The notes under the pieces are model-generated. The model saw only the letters and a list, made by a program, of their open reading frames with translations. It did no database searches and had not been told where the DNA came from. The position numbers and the translations under genes were made by a program. Source: Pseudomonadales bacterium (GTDB lineage Bacteria > Pseudomonadota > Gammaproteobacteria > Pseudomonadales > UBA7239). From it: 64,000 nucleotides of DNA. Of this stretch, positions 1-10,098 are shown piece by piece. Location of the stretch: NCBI GenBank assembly GCA_046347205.1, contig JAXMGN010000001.1:181226-245225 (forward strand). The letters run 5' to 3'. Positions within the stretch are counted from its first letter, which is position 1. Every line of letters begins with the position of its first letter.

Positions 1-1423
1 AGGAGTAATCCAGCGAAGCAAAGCCGCGACTCACAGATTTCAAACGATCAAAAAAATCCATTACCACTTCGCTCATTGGCAACTCATAGCGCAATGACAC
101 TTGATTGCCGATAAACAGCATATCTTTTTGTACGCCGCGTTTTTCCACGCACAAACCGATGACATTTCCTAAATACGTCTGCGGCACTAAGATGCTGGCC
201 TCTACGATAGGCTCACGCATCTCTTGAATCTTTCCCGCATCAGGCAGCTTGGAGGGATTGTCCACCAGCATCACTTCGCCATCGTTCAACACCACTTCAT
301 ACACCACAGTGGGTGCGGTGGTGATGAGATCAAGGTCGTATTCGCGCTCCAAACGCTCTTGCACAATTTCCATGTGCAGCATACCCAGAAAACCACAGCG
401 AAAACCAAAACCCAACGCATCGGATGTCTCTGGTTCATAAAAAAGGGCTGCATCATTGAGTGTCAGCTTAGCCAAAGCCTCACGAAAATCTTCGTAGTCA
501 TCGGCATTCACGGGAAACACGCCGGCATACACTTGCGGCTTCACTTTTTGGAAGCCAGGCAGTGACGGCGTATCAGGAAACGCAGCATTAATCAGAGTGT
601 CACCCACAGGTGCGCCGTGAATATCTTTGATACCAGCAACGACAAAGCCTACTTCACCTGCTTTTAATTCATCCGTTTCTTTGCGCTTGGGCGTAAAAAT
701 TCCAACCGCATCAACGAGATGAACTTTACCAATACTCTTAGCGAATATTTTATCTTTTTTACGCAAAGTGCCGTGCTTAACGCGCACTAACGACACAACG
801 CCCAAATAATTATCAAACCAAGAATCAATAATCAATGCCTGCAGCGGCGCATCAACATCGCCTTGTGGAGGCGGAATTTTTACAACCAACTGCTCTAGAA
901 CATCCTCAATACCCAAACCGGATTTTGCACTGCAGCGGCAAGCGTCACTTGCATCAATCCCAATAATTTCTTCCACTTCTTGCTGTACGCGCTCGGGTTC
1001 TGCCTGCGGCAGATCCATCTTATTCAATACAGGCAAAACTTCTAAACCTTGCTCAATCGCGGTATAGCAATTAGCAACCGATTGCGCTTCTACACCCTGC
1101 GCAGCATCAACCACCAATAGTGCACCTTCGCAAGCAGCCAATGAACGTGACACTTCATAACTAAAATCCACATGCCCTGGTGTATCAATAAAATTCAATT
1201 GGTACGTTTTTCCATCGCGTGCTTGATAGCCGAGTGTCACGCTTTGCGCCTTAATGGTGATACCACGCTCGCGCTCGATATCCATCGAGTCCAACACTTG
1301 CGCTTCCATTTCCCGTGCGGATAAACCGCCACACACCTGAATAAAACGATCAGCCAACGTCGATTTACCATGATCGATGTGTGCAATGATAGAAAAGTTA
1401 CGTATATGGCTCAGATCGGACAC
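1..1423 (-). CDS. lepA: Translation elongation factor 4 (LepA), 3' end truncated by the window edge
   Basis: Not in the ORF track. Manual translation from GTG at 1423 gives [37 protein letters not shown] and [14 protein letters not shown]; the frame is open to position 1. Confidence 0.97.
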   Translation of the reverse strand, partial: MSDLSHIRNFSIIAHIDHGKSTLADRFIQVCGGLSAREMEAQVLDSMDIERERGITIKAQSVTLGYQARDGKTYQLNFIDTPGHVDFSYEVSRSLAACEGALLVVDAAQGVEAQSVANCYTAIEQGLEVLPVLNKMDLPQAEPERVQQEVEEIIGIDASDACRCSAKSGLGIEDVLEQLVVKIPPPQGDVDAPLQALIIDSWFDNYLGVVSLVRVKHGTLRKKDKIFAKSIGKVHLVDAVGIFTPKRKETDELKAGEVGFVVAGIKDIHGAPVGDTLINAAFPDTPSLPGFQKVKPQVYAGVFPVNADDYEDFREALAKLTLNDAALFYEPETSDALGFGFRCGFLGMLHMEIVQERLEREYDLDLITTAPTVVYEVVLNDGEVMLVDNPSKLPDAGKIQEMREPIVEASILVPQTYLGNVIGLCVEKRGVQKDMLFIGNQVSLRYELPMSEVVMDFFDRLKSVSRGFASLDYS

Positions 1424-1494
1424 GCGTATTTCCGGCACAGAAAAAAGTGCTGCATTCTACCCGATCCCACAAGCCCTCGTGCCTCGCAATATCG

Positions 1495-2886
1495 CTAAGG
1501 AATCACAATAGAGCGGAAGATAGACCGTCCCTCGCGAAAGAAACGAATAGGCTGAATACTGCCCGCTTGCAGACCATTAACGACACGCCGAAACGATGAT
1601 TCATCATCCACATTGATAAACCCTAACTGCACAACCACATCTCCCAGTTGCAACCCAGCTTTCTCCGCAGCCCCACCTCGGCGTACTGCTCGCACAAGCA
1701 CACCACCACTAACCCGCAGCTGCGCAGCTAGCCGTGCATCCAATCCTTCAATTTGCATGCCCAGGATGCCGCCCGCCACGCCATCCTGTTGCGCTTTACG
1801 GGCAACTGAGTGGTTAGTGTTGGCTAACTTATCGGACAATTCTCCCACCACAATATGTACATTTTGCGATACACCATGACGCACCAAGGTCAATTCTGCC
1901 GCACTATCGGGAGACACCTGACCCACCAAATGCGACAAATCGCCAGCAAATAAAATAGGCTTGCCATTAAAGGCGGTAATAACATCTCCTGCTGCAATAC
2001 CGGCTTTATCGGCTGGACTGTCCGCCCCCACCTGTGCCACCAGCGCACCCTCTGGTTTACTCAAACCGAAAGATGCCGCCAATGAACGATCCACATCCTG
2101 AATGGATACACCCAGCCAACCGCGCGCAACATAACCTTTGTCTTTCAATTGTGCGACCACGTTGCGTACCACACTGGCAGGGATAGCAAATGACAGCCCC
2201 ATAGAACCGCCGGTGCGCGTAAAAATTTGTGAATTGATGCCCACTACATCACCCGCCAAATTAAACAGCGGGCCGCCAGAATTACCAGGATTAATCGCAA
2301 CATCCGTTTGGATAAATGGCACATAATTTTCGTTTTCACCGTTCGGCAAACTGCGCCCCATGGCACTCACGATGCCTTGCGACACAGAGTAATCCAAGCC
2401 AAACGGTGAGCCTATCGCCAATACCCACTCTCCCACTTTGAGCTTGTCACTGGTATCCAACTTCAGCACTGGCAAACCACTTGCATTCACTTTTAGCAGT
2501 GCGATATCGGAACGCGAATCGCTGCCGACCACTTCGGCATCAAACTCTCGCCGATCACTCATGCGCACAACAATTTTGTCTGCATCCTTGATAACGTGAT
2601 AGTTCGTCAGAATGTAGCCATCTGGTTCAATAATAAATCCCGATCCTAAACCCATTACTTCAGAACGCGGTTTACTCGCTGAAATCGCTGGCGACAATGG
2701 ATGATGAGACAGCCCTGTTTCCACCTGAATTTTCACCACTGCGGGTGAATTTTTTTCCACCAAGGTCGTGAAGTCTGGCAACTCTGCTGAGAAGACTACT
2801 GCGGAAAATAAAGAGGTGACTATGGCAAAAAAGAGTGGTGCAATGAATTTGCGTTGACGTGCGATAACGATTTTTTTACTGGACAT
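1495..2886 (-). CDS. degP: Do/DegP-family periplasmic serine protease (MucD-like) with 2 PDZ domains
   Basis: GLGSGFII, LTNYHV, DIALLK, TDVAINPGNSGGPL and RGWLGV PDZ. Likely start is ATG 2886 (the ORF extends to 2913). Occupies the mucD position before lepA. Confidence 0.92.
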   Translation of the reverse strand: MSSKKIVIARQRKFIAPLFFAIVTSLFSAVVFSAELPDFTTLVEKNSPAVVKIQVETGLSHHPLSPAISASKPRSEVMGLGSGFIIEPDGYILTNYHVIKDADKIVVRMSDRREFDAEVVGSDSRSDIALLKVNASGLPVLKLDTSDKLKVGEWVLAIGSPFGLDYSVSQGIVSAMGRSLPNGENENYVPFIQTDVAINPGNSGGPLFNLAGDVVGINSQIFTRTGGSMGLSFAIPASVVRNVVAQLKDKGYVARGWLGVSIQDVDRSLAASFGLSKPEGALVAQVGADSPADKAGIAAGDVITAFNGKPILFAGDLSHLVGQVSPDSAAELTLVRHGVSQNVHIVVGELSDKLANTNHSVARKAQQDGVAGGILGMQIEGLDARLAAQLRVSGGVLVRAVRRGGAAEKAGLQLGDVVVQLGFINVDDESSFRRVVNGLQAGSIQPIRFFREGRSIFRSIVIP

Positions 2887-2928
2887 GCAGCCCCCATTGC
2901 AATATCTGTCCACGCTCCCACATTAAAG

Positions 2929-3546
2929 CTACTTTCTGGAAAAACTCTGCTCTGCAGTGTTAATTAGAGGCACTTGGGTTCTGCCTGTTTTTAGCGCTGC
3001 ATTTTCAAATTCTTGCGGGTTACCCAAACGCATATTCGGTGCATCACCCGACTGCGAAAAAATATTGTCTACACCTAAAGCTCCCGCCAAAGGTTTCTGC
3101 GTAGACACAGCAACACTGTGCTCAATGTGCTGCGCAACTGGCGCAACGTCTGCCACTTGTCGCACTGCGTCGGAGCCAGTCTGTTGCTGCCACTGCGCAC
3201 CCACAATCACCAACAGCGCCACGGACGCAGCAACCGCCACTCTGGCCATCATTTTTACACTACCGCGCCCAGCTGCCTGCGTTTCTGTGGTCAAGGCAGT
3301 ACGACCGTCCTCCACATCAATGGCGCGGCGCACGGCATCAGCAAAAGCCAGTGAATTATTCAACGCCACCGGTTGTTTTTGCAGAACTGCCGCCGCCAAC
3401 TGATACCGCGCCCAACGCTTGCGCAATTCCACATCATCTGCACATGCCGATAAAAGGCGGTGTAGCTCCAATTCATGGCTCGAACCGTCCATCACGGCAG
3501 ACAATGATTCAGCATGCTCAAACGGGGACTGAGAGTTAGATGGCAT
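2929..3546 (-). CDS. rseA: Anti-sigma-E factor RseA/MucA
   Basis: ESLSAVMDG...RKRWARYQL N-terminal domain and one TM segment (RVAVAASVALLVIVG). Lies directly after rpoE; GAGGTG SD before ATG 3546. Confidence 0.88.
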   Translation of the reverse strand: MPSNSQSPFEHAESLSAVMDGSSHELELHRLLSACADDVELRKRWARYQLAAAVLQKQPVALNNSLAFADAVRRAIDVEDGRTALTTETQAAGRGSVKMMARVAVAASVALLVIVGAQWQQQTGSDAVRQVADVAPVAQHIEHSVAVSTQKPLAGALGVDNIFSQSGDAPNMRLGNPQEFENAALKTGRTQVPLINTAEQSFSRK

Positions 3547-3604
3547 ACAGCACCTCAAACGGGGTTGGCGGCATCACGTCGACTATGCATTATTGACTGA
3601 CCTT

Positions 3605-3632
3605 TGTGACTAAAGGCATCCCGTTTAGTTCC
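3605..3632 (-). promoter_or_regulatory. Putative sigma-E promoter for rseA-degP
   Basis: The minus strand reads GGAACTA-aacgggatgccttta-GTCACA, i.e. GAACTA-N16-TCACA, close to the GAACTT-N16-TC(A/T)(A/G)A sigma-E/AlgU consensus. Confidence 0.55.
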
Positions 3633-3660
3633 CCACGGATCTCCGCATTAGTTGAGCCGA

Positions 3661-4245
3661 TCAGGCTTCCAACAGAGGGCGAATAGCCTCATCAATGGCT
3701 TCACGCGCCCGAAAAATACGGGAGCGTACTGTACCGATAGGACACTCCATTACCTCGGCGATTTCTTCATAGGCAAGACCATCAAATTCACGCAGCATTA
3801 AGGCTCTTCGTAACTCTTCCGGCAGTCCAGCTAATGTTTCTTCCACAACACGATGTAGATCTTGCGTAGCCAATAAGTTTTCAGGATTTTCCTCAACACG
3901 CAACGCATCACTAAACGCATAATCTTCCACTTCATCAATATCAATATCGGAAGCAGGGCGACGTTTGCGCGCATCCAGCGTGTTTTTCGCCGTGTTAACA
4001 GCAATACGATACAACCAAGTGTAAAACGCACTGTCACCACGAAAACTAGCAATCGCACGGTACGCTTTTACAAAAGATTCTTGCGCTACATCTTCTGCTT
4101 CGGCGTGATCCTTCACATAACGCCGTACCAAGGCCAACACTTTGTGTTGGTATTTTAAGACGAGCAAATCAAAGCTGCGTTTGTCGCCTTTTTGCACGCG
4201 GGCAACCAACTGCTCGTCGGTGTCACGAGCTGCAGAATCTACCAT
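3661..4245 (-). CDS. rpoE: RNA polymerase sigma factor RpoE/AlgU
   Basis: DEQLVARVQKGDKRSFDLLVLKYQ, FYTWLYRIAVNTAKN, CPIGTVRSRIFRAREAI. Confidence 0.97.
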   Translation of the reverse strand: MVDSAARDTDEQLVARVQKGDKRSFDLLVLKYQHKVLALVRRYVKDHAEAEDVAQESFVKAYRAIASFRGDSAFYTWLYRIAVNTAKNTLDARKRRPASDIDIDEVEDYAFSDALRVEENPENLLATQDLHRVVEETLAGLPEELRRALMLREFDGLAYEEIAEVMECPIGTVRSRIFRAREAIDEAIRPLLEA

Positions 4246-4248
4246 GAC

Positions 4249-4644
4249 CTACTTGACCACCCGCAAAGTTGGGCGCGTGGACGCTGCCTTTTGCGCGCCA
4301 TTGCCACCACCATCCGTAGGATCAGGCTCAGGAATATTTTCAGGCGGGAACATCATGCCCTGGCCATTTTCTCGCGCATAAATCCCTTGCACAGCATAAA
4401 TTGGCACACAAATATTGCGCGCCACGCCGCCAAAACGCGCACTGAAAGTGATCTCATTTTGTCCCAGCGCCAAACCAACCACCGCTGAAGGAGAAACATT
4501 CAACACGATCTGACCATCTTTGATATGTTCAGCAGGCACTACCACACCTTGCAATAACGCATCCACCACCAAATGCGGTGTGCAGTGGTTATCGACTATC
4601 CATTCGTGCAGTGCCCGCAAAAGATACGGCTTACTGGATAGCAT
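4249..4644 (-). CDS. sspB: ClpXP adaptor SspB
   Basis: KPYLLRALHEWIVDN...IVLNVSPSAV...ITFSARFGG and C-terminal ClpX-binding motif RPTLRVVK. Real start is ATG 4644. Confidence 0.95.
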   Translation of the reverse strand: MLSSKPYLLRALHEWIVDNHCTPHLVVDALLQGVVVPAEHIKDGQIVLNVSPSAVVGLALGQNEITFSARFGGVARNICVPIYAVQGIYARENGQGMMFPPENIPEPDPTDGGGNGAQKAASTRPTLRVVK

Positions 4645-4654
4645 GGCGGATGCT

Positions 4655-5302
4655 TTATTTCTGTTCCACGCGCTCAGGGCGCATTTCTTTTTCCTGCTCG
4701 GAAAGACTTGCCTTAAATGCACGGCGTTTGAACATGCGCTCCATATAGTCATGTAGCGGCTTGGTTTGCTTGTTGTTGGGCAAATCGATCCCCAATGCTG
4801 GCAAGCGCCACAAAATAGGCACCAAACAGCAATCCACCAAGGTCAATTCATCGTTCATGAAATACGGTTTTTCATTAAAAATAGGTGCAATAGCCATCAA
4901 TGTTTCTTTCAATTCTTTTGCTGCTTTGCTGGCTGTTGCTTTATCACCCTGCTCAATAGCAGAAATGAGTGCACCCCAGTCCCTATCCATACGCTTGTGC
5001 AACAAACGCGTTTGTGCACGCGTCACTGGATAAACAGGCAACAAAGGTGGGTGAGGGAAGCGTTCGTCAAGGTATTCCATCATGACCCAAGCGTCGTACA
5101 GCGCCAGTTCGCGATCCACCAGCGTCGGCAGGCTGTTGTAAGGATTGTGCTCGGACACTTCCTCTGGAATATCTGAAGGATGCGTGTCGATAATTTCTAC
5201 CGTGATGTCCTTTTCTGCCAGCACAATACGCACGCAGTGGCTGAGATGGCTCGCACCATCTGAAAACAAAGCCATTGTAGAACGACGAGTAATTACCGAC
5301 AT
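4655..5302 (-). CDS. sspA: Stringent starvation protein A (GST-like)
   Basis: SHCVRIVLAEK, NPYNSLPTLVDR, MEYLDERFPHPPLLPVYPV. Start ATG 5302. Confidence 0.95.
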   Translation of the reverse strand: MSVITRRSTMALFSDGASHLSHCVRIVLAEKDITVEIIDTHPSDIPEEVSEHNPYNSLPTLVDRELALYDAWVMMEYLDERFPHPPLLPVYPVTRAQTRLLHKRMDRDWGALISAIEQGDKATASKAAKELKETLMAIAPIFNEKPYFMNDELTLVDCCLVPILWRLPALGIDLPNNKQTKPLHDYMERMFKRRAFKASLSEQEKEMRPERVEQK

Positions 5303-5316
5303 AAAAAGCACTCCAG

Positions 5317-5348
5317 AATAAATAAACAAGGGCGACTCACGCCGCCCC
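5317..5348 (-). terminator. Possible intrinsic terminator after petC
   Basis: GGGCGGC-GTGA-GTCGCCC hairpin followed by TTGTTTATTT on the minus strand. Confidence 0.5.
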
Positions 5349-5386
5349 TCGATCATGGTCTACAGCAAAGATGATGCACTGCTAAC

Positions 5387-6199
5387 TTAGTGCACGTCTT
5401 TCCAATACTCTCTGTTCAGCAGCCAAGCGAAAATAAAGAACAAGGACACAAAAAATAGCGCGTAAATACCCATACGCTGACGCTTCAACGCAGCAGGTTC
5501 ACCGGCATACGCAAGAAAGCTCACCAAATCACCGACTGCTTGATCAAACTCTGCCGGTTTCATTTTGCCTGCCTTTTCAACCACCAGGCGTCCACAAGGA
5601 TTCAGCGCCGCTCCAGTTTTTGCATCAACTAAAATTTCTTCACGCGTCAAAGGATCACGCTTGATGCCGCCATTCTCTGCGTAAACAGGGCCAGGCGCAC
5701 ACTTTGGCATGCCTTGCAACTCCAGCATCACGTGCGGCATACCCACATCCTTAAATACACGGTTATTGACACCGTAAGGACGCTTATCGTCTTGGTAAAA
5801 ATTACGCAAATAGGTATACAGCCACTCCACACCGCGCGCGCGCGCCACCAAAGTCAAATCAGGTGGTGCTGCTCCAAACCATTTCTTCTGCTCTTTAGCT
5901 GGTGCAGCAATTTTCATCAAATCGCCAATATTGCTCTCAGAAAAATTTAGATTTTGCTGTGCCATTTCATGAGGAATATCCAAGTCATCCGCCATGCGCT
6001 CGTAGCGCATGTACTCCATAGAGTGACAACCCATGCAATAGTTTACGAAATTTTTTGCACCACGCTGCAAAGAAGCTTTATCGTGCAGCGCAGGCTCAAA
6101 TTTATCGCATTCAATGGATCCACAAGACTTCTCGCCTTCGTTAGCAAAAGCCAACAGTGGCAATATCCCCAGCGTTAACAAAATAAGTATTTTTTTCAT
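5387..6199 (-). CDS. petC: Cytochrome c1 (bc1 complex)
   Basis: Signal peptide, CMGCH heme motif, PPDLTLVARARG and C-terminal TM segment. Confidence 0.95.
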   Translation of the reverse strand: MKKILILLTLGILPLLAFANEGEKSCGSIECDKFEPALHDKASLQRGAKNFVNYCMGCHSMEYMRYERMADDLDIPHEMAQQNLNFSESNIGDLMKIAAPAKEQKKWFGAAPPDLTLVARARGVEWLYTYLRNFYQDDKRPYGVNNRVFKDVGMPHVMLELQGMPKCAPGPVYAENGGIKRDPLTREEILVDAKTGAALNPCGRLVVEKAGKMKPAEFDQAVGDLVSFLAYAGEPAALKRQRMGIYALFFVSLFFIFAWLLNREYWKDVH

Positions 6200-6210
6200 C
6201 GCATCACTCC

Positions 6211-7500
6211 TTATTTCATCGTAACGCGGTCAGGCTCAGGTTTTGTTTTCTCGATTGATGTATAGATCGGCATCAACACAAAGAAAGCAAAATAAACCAC
6301 GGTCAAATATTGCGCTACGTCATTGTTTTCCAACCACGAAACCTCGTGATGGATCCAATGTCCCATGAAATACCCACCAGGAGGAATCGCACCCAAATAG
6401 CCCAGCAACAAAAAAGAAATAGCGAAAGAATAAATAGCGATTTGAGTCAGGCGACCTTTATAGCGCCAAGATTTTACTTTGCTACGATCCAGCCAAGGCA
6501 ACACGAACAAAATAGCAATTGCAGCTGCCATGATAACAAAGCCCCAGAACTTTGAAGACAACCCAAAAAATTCCAAAGTTGTGGCACGCAGCATGGCGTA
6601 AAACGGTGTGTAGTACCAAACCGGCGCAATATGCGGCGGTGTTTTCAAATTGTTTGCCATTTCAAAGTTGGCATGCTCAAGAAAATAACCACCCATTTCA
6701 GGCATGAAGAACAAGATAAAGCAGAACACAAACAAGAAAACTGCAATGCCCACCAAATCATGCACGGTGTAGTAAGGATGAAAAGGAATGCCGTCCAAGG
6801 GTTTACCGTTAGCACCTTTCTTTTTCTTGATTTCAATGCCGTCGGGATTGTTAGAGCCCACTTCGTGCAATGCCAACAAGTGCAGCACCACTAGCATGAC
6901 CAAAATCAACGGAATCGCCACTACATGCAAGGCAAAGAAGCGGTTTAGCGTGATGCCAGAGATCAGAAAGTCGCCGCGCACCCACTGCACAAGGCTATCG
7001 CCGACCACAGGAATTGCACCAAACAGAGAAACGATAACCTGTGCGCCCCAGTAAGACATTTGACCCCAAGGCAGTACATAGCCCATGAACCCTTCTGCCA
7101 TCAGACAGAGATAGATCAACATGCCGAACAACCACACCAATTCACGCGGCTTTTTGTAAGATCCGTACAACAAACCGCGAAACATATGCAGATACACCAC
7201 AGCAAAAAATGCAGAAGCACCCGTGGAGTGCATGTAGCGAATAATCCAGCCGTAATCCACATCACGCATGATGTATTCCACGGAAGCAAACGCGCCTTCT
7301 GCGGTTGGCGTGTAAGACATCGTCAACCAAATGCCAGTTAGCAATTGATTGACCAGCACCAACAGCGACAACACACCGAAGAAATACCAAAAGTTAAAAT
7401 TCTTCGGTGCGTAGTACTGACCCATATGGGTATTCCACGCACGCATAATGGGCAGACGCGCATCAACCCAATCTCGCAAACCGATCAGCCAAGATGTCAT
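6211..7500 (-). CDS. petB: Cytochrome b (bc1 complex)
   Basis: RYMHSTGAS, YVLPWGQMSYWGAQV, RFFALH, and the PVWY (PEWY-equivalent) motif. Confidence 0.97.
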   Translation of the reverse strand: MTSWLIGLRDWVDARLPIMRAWNTHMGQYYAPKNFNFWYFFGVLSLLVLVNQLLTGIWLTMSYTPTAEGAFASVEYIMRDVDYGWIIRYMHSTGASAFFAVVYLHMFRGLLYGSYKKPRELVWLFGMLIYLCLMAEGFMGYVLPWGQMSYWGAQVIVSLFGAIPVVGDSLVQWVRGDFLISGITLNRFFALHVVAIPLILVMLVVLHLLALHEVGSNNPDGIEIKKKKGANGKPLDGIPFHPYYTVHDLVGIAVFLFVFCFILFFMPEMGGYFLEHANFEMANNLKTPPHIAPVWYYTPFYAMLRATTLEFFGLSSKFWGFVIMAAAIAILFVLPWLDRSKVKSWRYKGRLTQIAIYSFAISFLLLGYLGAIPPGGYFMGHWIHHEVSWLENNDVAQYLTVVYFAFFVLMPIYTSIEKTKPEPDRVTMK

Positions 7501-8093
7501 GCCGCCCCCTTCTGGTCTTCACCAATCACGATCACGTTATCGCTATCAAAACGATAGGCTGGAACAGTCAAATTTGCTGGCGCCGGTACGTTCTGCATTA
7601 CCCGACCCGCGAGATCAAACTTGGAACCATGGCACGGGCAGAAGAATCCACCAACCCAATCTTTGCCTAAATCTTCTGGCGCTACTTCTGGGCGAAATTT
7701 CGGCGCACAGCCTAAATGTGTGCAAATTCCCACCACTACAAATACAGCGTCTTTGATCGATCGGTGTTCATTTTTGCAATACGACGGCTGCTCTGACTTC
7801 AGCGATTCTGGATCTTTCAAGTGATCATCCATTTTCGCTAGACCAGAAATCATCGCCGGCGTACGACGCACAACATAAACGGGCTTGCCCTGCCACTCAA
7901 AAGTGGCCATTTGCCCATCTTCAATTTTGCTGATATTTGCCTTGACTGGTGCACCTGCCGATTTGGCTTTAGCACTAGGATTCCAAGATCCAATAAAGGG
8001 GGTGGCGACAAAACCAGCTCCAGCAACGCCAACACCAGTGGTGGCAACGGTAAGGAAGCGGCGTCGCGCGTGGTTTACACCGTCATTACTCAT
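7497..8093 (-). CDS. petA: Rieske Fe-S subunit of the bc1 complex
   Basis: Tat motif RRRFL, CTHLGC and CPCHGS. Confidence 0.97.
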   Translation of the reverse strand: MSNDGVNHARRRFLTVATTGVGVAGAGFVATPFIGSWNPSAKAKSAGAPVKANISKIEDGQMATFEWQGKPVYVVRRTPAMISGLAKMDDHLKDPESLKSEQPSYCKNEHRSIKDAVFVVVGICTHLGCAPKFRPEVAPEDLGKDWVGGFFCPCHGSKFDLAGRVMQNVPAPANLTVPAYRFDSDNVIVIGEDQKGAA

Positions 8094-8178
8094 GACGCTT
8101 TTCTCCCATCACTGCTAGACGCGTCTCTGCAAGACACAGAGCCTTCGAAGTTAAAAAGACCAGAAAAAGTCGGGCGGT

Positions 8179-8206
8179 ATTATGCCAGACTGATCGCTTA
8201 AGGCAA
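8179..8206 (-). promoter_or_regulatory. Putative sigma70 promoter of petABC
   Basis: TTGCCT-N16-CATAAT on the minus strand, ~85 bp upstream of petA. Confidence 0.5.
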
Positions 8207-8246
8207 GAAAACATCGTTTGACGGAGAACAAACAAACACCCTGCCT

Positions 8247-8286
8247 AAAAACAAAAACGCCCGAACCACTAACGAGATTCGGGCGC
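8247..8286 (-). terminator. Intrinsic terminator after rpsI
   Basis: CGCCCGAA...TTCGGGCG stem followed by TTTTTGTTTTT. Confidence 0.75.
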
Positions 8287-8304
8287 AATAGCCACACAAA
8301 AATA

Positions 8305-8709
8305 TTAACGCTTGGAGTACTGAGGACGCTTACGCGCTTTGCGCAAGCCTACTTTCTTACGTTCTACTTCACGAGAATCACGTGTGACATAGCCCGCTTC
8401 ACGCAGCGCACCGCGCAAGCTCTCGTCGTATTCCATCAATGCGCGCGTAATGCCGTGGCGAATCGCGCCGGCTTGACCAAAGCTGCCGCCACCTGCAACA
8501 GTGATTTTCAGATCCAGCTTTTGATCCAGACCCGTCAACACCAGAGGTTGACGCACGATCATGCGCGCCACTTCGCGGCCAAAATAGTTTTCCAACGTGC
8601 GGTCGTTGATGACGATATTGCCGCTGCCCGCTTTGATAAAAACACGCGCTGTTGCGGTCTTACGACGACCGGTTCCGTAGTTTTGTTTTACTGCCTGCTG
8701 CACTGCCAT
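8305..8709 (-). CDS. rpsI: 30S ribosomal protein S9
   Basis: [13 protein letters not shown]...[14 protein letters not shown]...RKRPQYSKR. Confidence 0.98.
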   Translation of the reverse strand: MAVQQAVKQNYGTGRRKTATARVFIKAGSGNIVINDRTLENYFGREVARMIVRQPLVLTGLDQKLDLKITVAGGGSFGQAGAIRHGITRALMEYDESLRGALREAGYVTRDSREVERKKVGLRKARKRPQYSKR

Positions 8710-8718
8710 AAACGCCTC

Positions 8719-9147
8719 TTACAGTGAAAGTGTTTGTGGCTGCTGCGCACCGTGTGGGTGCTCAGTGCCAGCGTAAACTTTGAGTTTTTTGAACATTGCG
8801 CGACCCAGTGGTCCGCGCGGCAACATACCTTTCACCGCCAGTTCAATGGCACGCTCAGGCGCACGGTCGATCAGCTTTTCAAAAGTGATCTCTTTCAAAC
8901 CGCCAGGGAAGTTGCTGTGGCTGTAGTACACCTTGTCTTTGCTTTTAGCACCGGTCACACGCACTTTTTCTGCGTTAACCACAACAATGTAATCACCCGT
9001 ATCGCAGTGCGGTGTGAACTCAGGCTTGTGCTTACCGCGCAAGCGACGTGCTAGCTCCGCCGCCAAGCGGCCGAGAACCAAATTGTTGGCATCCACTACA
9101 TACCAATCGTGTTGTGCTGTCTGCGCATTGGCGCTGATCGTCTTCAT
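8719..9147 (-). CDS. rplM: 50S ribosomal protein L13
   Basis: WYVVDA...LGRLA...[14 protein letters not shown]...KGMLP. Confidence 0.98.
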   Translation of the reverse strand: MKTISANAQTAQHDWYVVDANNLVLGRLAAELARRLRGKHKPEFTPHCDTGDYIVVVNAEKVRVTGAKSKDKVYYSHSNFPGGLKEITFEKLIDRAPERAIELAVKGMLPRGPLGRAMFKKLKVYAGTEHPHGAQQPQTLSL

Positions 9148-9162
9148 TTCTCTACCGCTCGG

Positions 9163-10095
9163 TCAGGGGCTGGAATTGGGTGGCGAATTGTAGTGAGCAG
9201 CCTCCCTGTTTTCAAGCACTAAATCAGTATTTTCTGCCACCCAATACCAACACTGGGTGTTAAATGCTTGCTGCCCAAAGTCTCCCTCACGCCGCGCTCG
9301 CCCTTCCTTGTCTAGCTTCAACAAATGTGCCCACAAGGATATTTCCGCCAACCAATGCAGGCTGGCATCCACATCGTCATACACTGCTGGCGTGATCTCA
9401 CCTATCGAGCCCTTTCCCAACGCGCGCAATACGGCAATCACCTTCTGCTCACGCCGCAACCTGTGTGCAATCAAACCGTCGATCACCTGCAAAGGCTCAC
9501 GCATCACATCGCCGTGCCCTGGCAACAGGCTGCGCACCGGATACTGTTTCAGCAATGCCAAAGACTGCAGATAATCCGCCATGTCGCCACCCGGCGGCAC
9601 AATCACCACCGTGGATCCTTCCATGATGTGATCGCCAGTAAACAGCGCTCCTTCTTCTCTTAGTAAGTAGCAAAAGTGATTGGCGGCATGTCCGGGTGTG
9701 GCAATAGCCTCTAGGGTGAATGCTGTTCCCTGTATGAGATCGCCGTGCTGTAGGTTGCGCTCAACGCTAAAGCTCGCATCCTGATGCTCATCCTGCGGCA
9801 ACACTGCGCCTATCAACTTCGCGCCCGTTGTCTCTGCCAATAATTTGGCCGCTGGTGAATGGTCTGGATGCGTGTGGGTAACAACAATCCAATGCACAGT
9901 GGCTGCACCCACTGCCGCCAAAATTGCCTCGATATGCACAGGATCGGCAGGGCCCGGATCCAAAATCGCCAGCTCATCCGTGCCGATCAGATAGCAATTG
10001 GTACCGGCACCCGTCATGGTGCTCGGGTTGTTGGCTGTCAGCCGCCGCACCAGTGGCGACAACCGCACCCATTCACCAGACCTGACCTCAGCCAT
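9163..10095 (-). CDS. MBL-fold metallo-hydrolase (LACTB2-like, with C-terminal winged helix)
   Basis: NPSTMTGAGTNCY, HTHPDH, TPGHAANH, FTGDH, LLPGHG. Confidence 0.88.
   Translation of the reverse strand: MAEVRSGEWVRLSPLVRRLTANNPSTMTGAGTNCYLIGTDELAILDPGPADPVHIEAILAAVGAATVHWIVVTHTHPDHSPAAKLLAETTGAKLIGAVLPQDEHQDASFSVERNLQHGDLIQGTAFTLEAIATPGHAANHFCYLLREEGALFTGDHIMEGSTVVIVPPGGDMADYLQSLALLKQYPVRSLLPGHGDVMREPLQVIDGLIAHRLRREQKVIAVLRALGKGSIGEITPAVYDDVDASLHWLAEISLWAHLLKLDKEGRARREGDFGQQAFNTQCWYWVAENTDLVLENREAAHYNSPPNSSP
9187..9215 (-). promoter_or_regulatory. Sigma70 promoter of rplM-rpsI, inside the upstream CDS
   Basis: TTGAAA-N17-TACAAT followed by a GC-rich discriminator (TCGCCACCC). Confidence 0.65.
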
Positions 10096-10098
10096 GCG

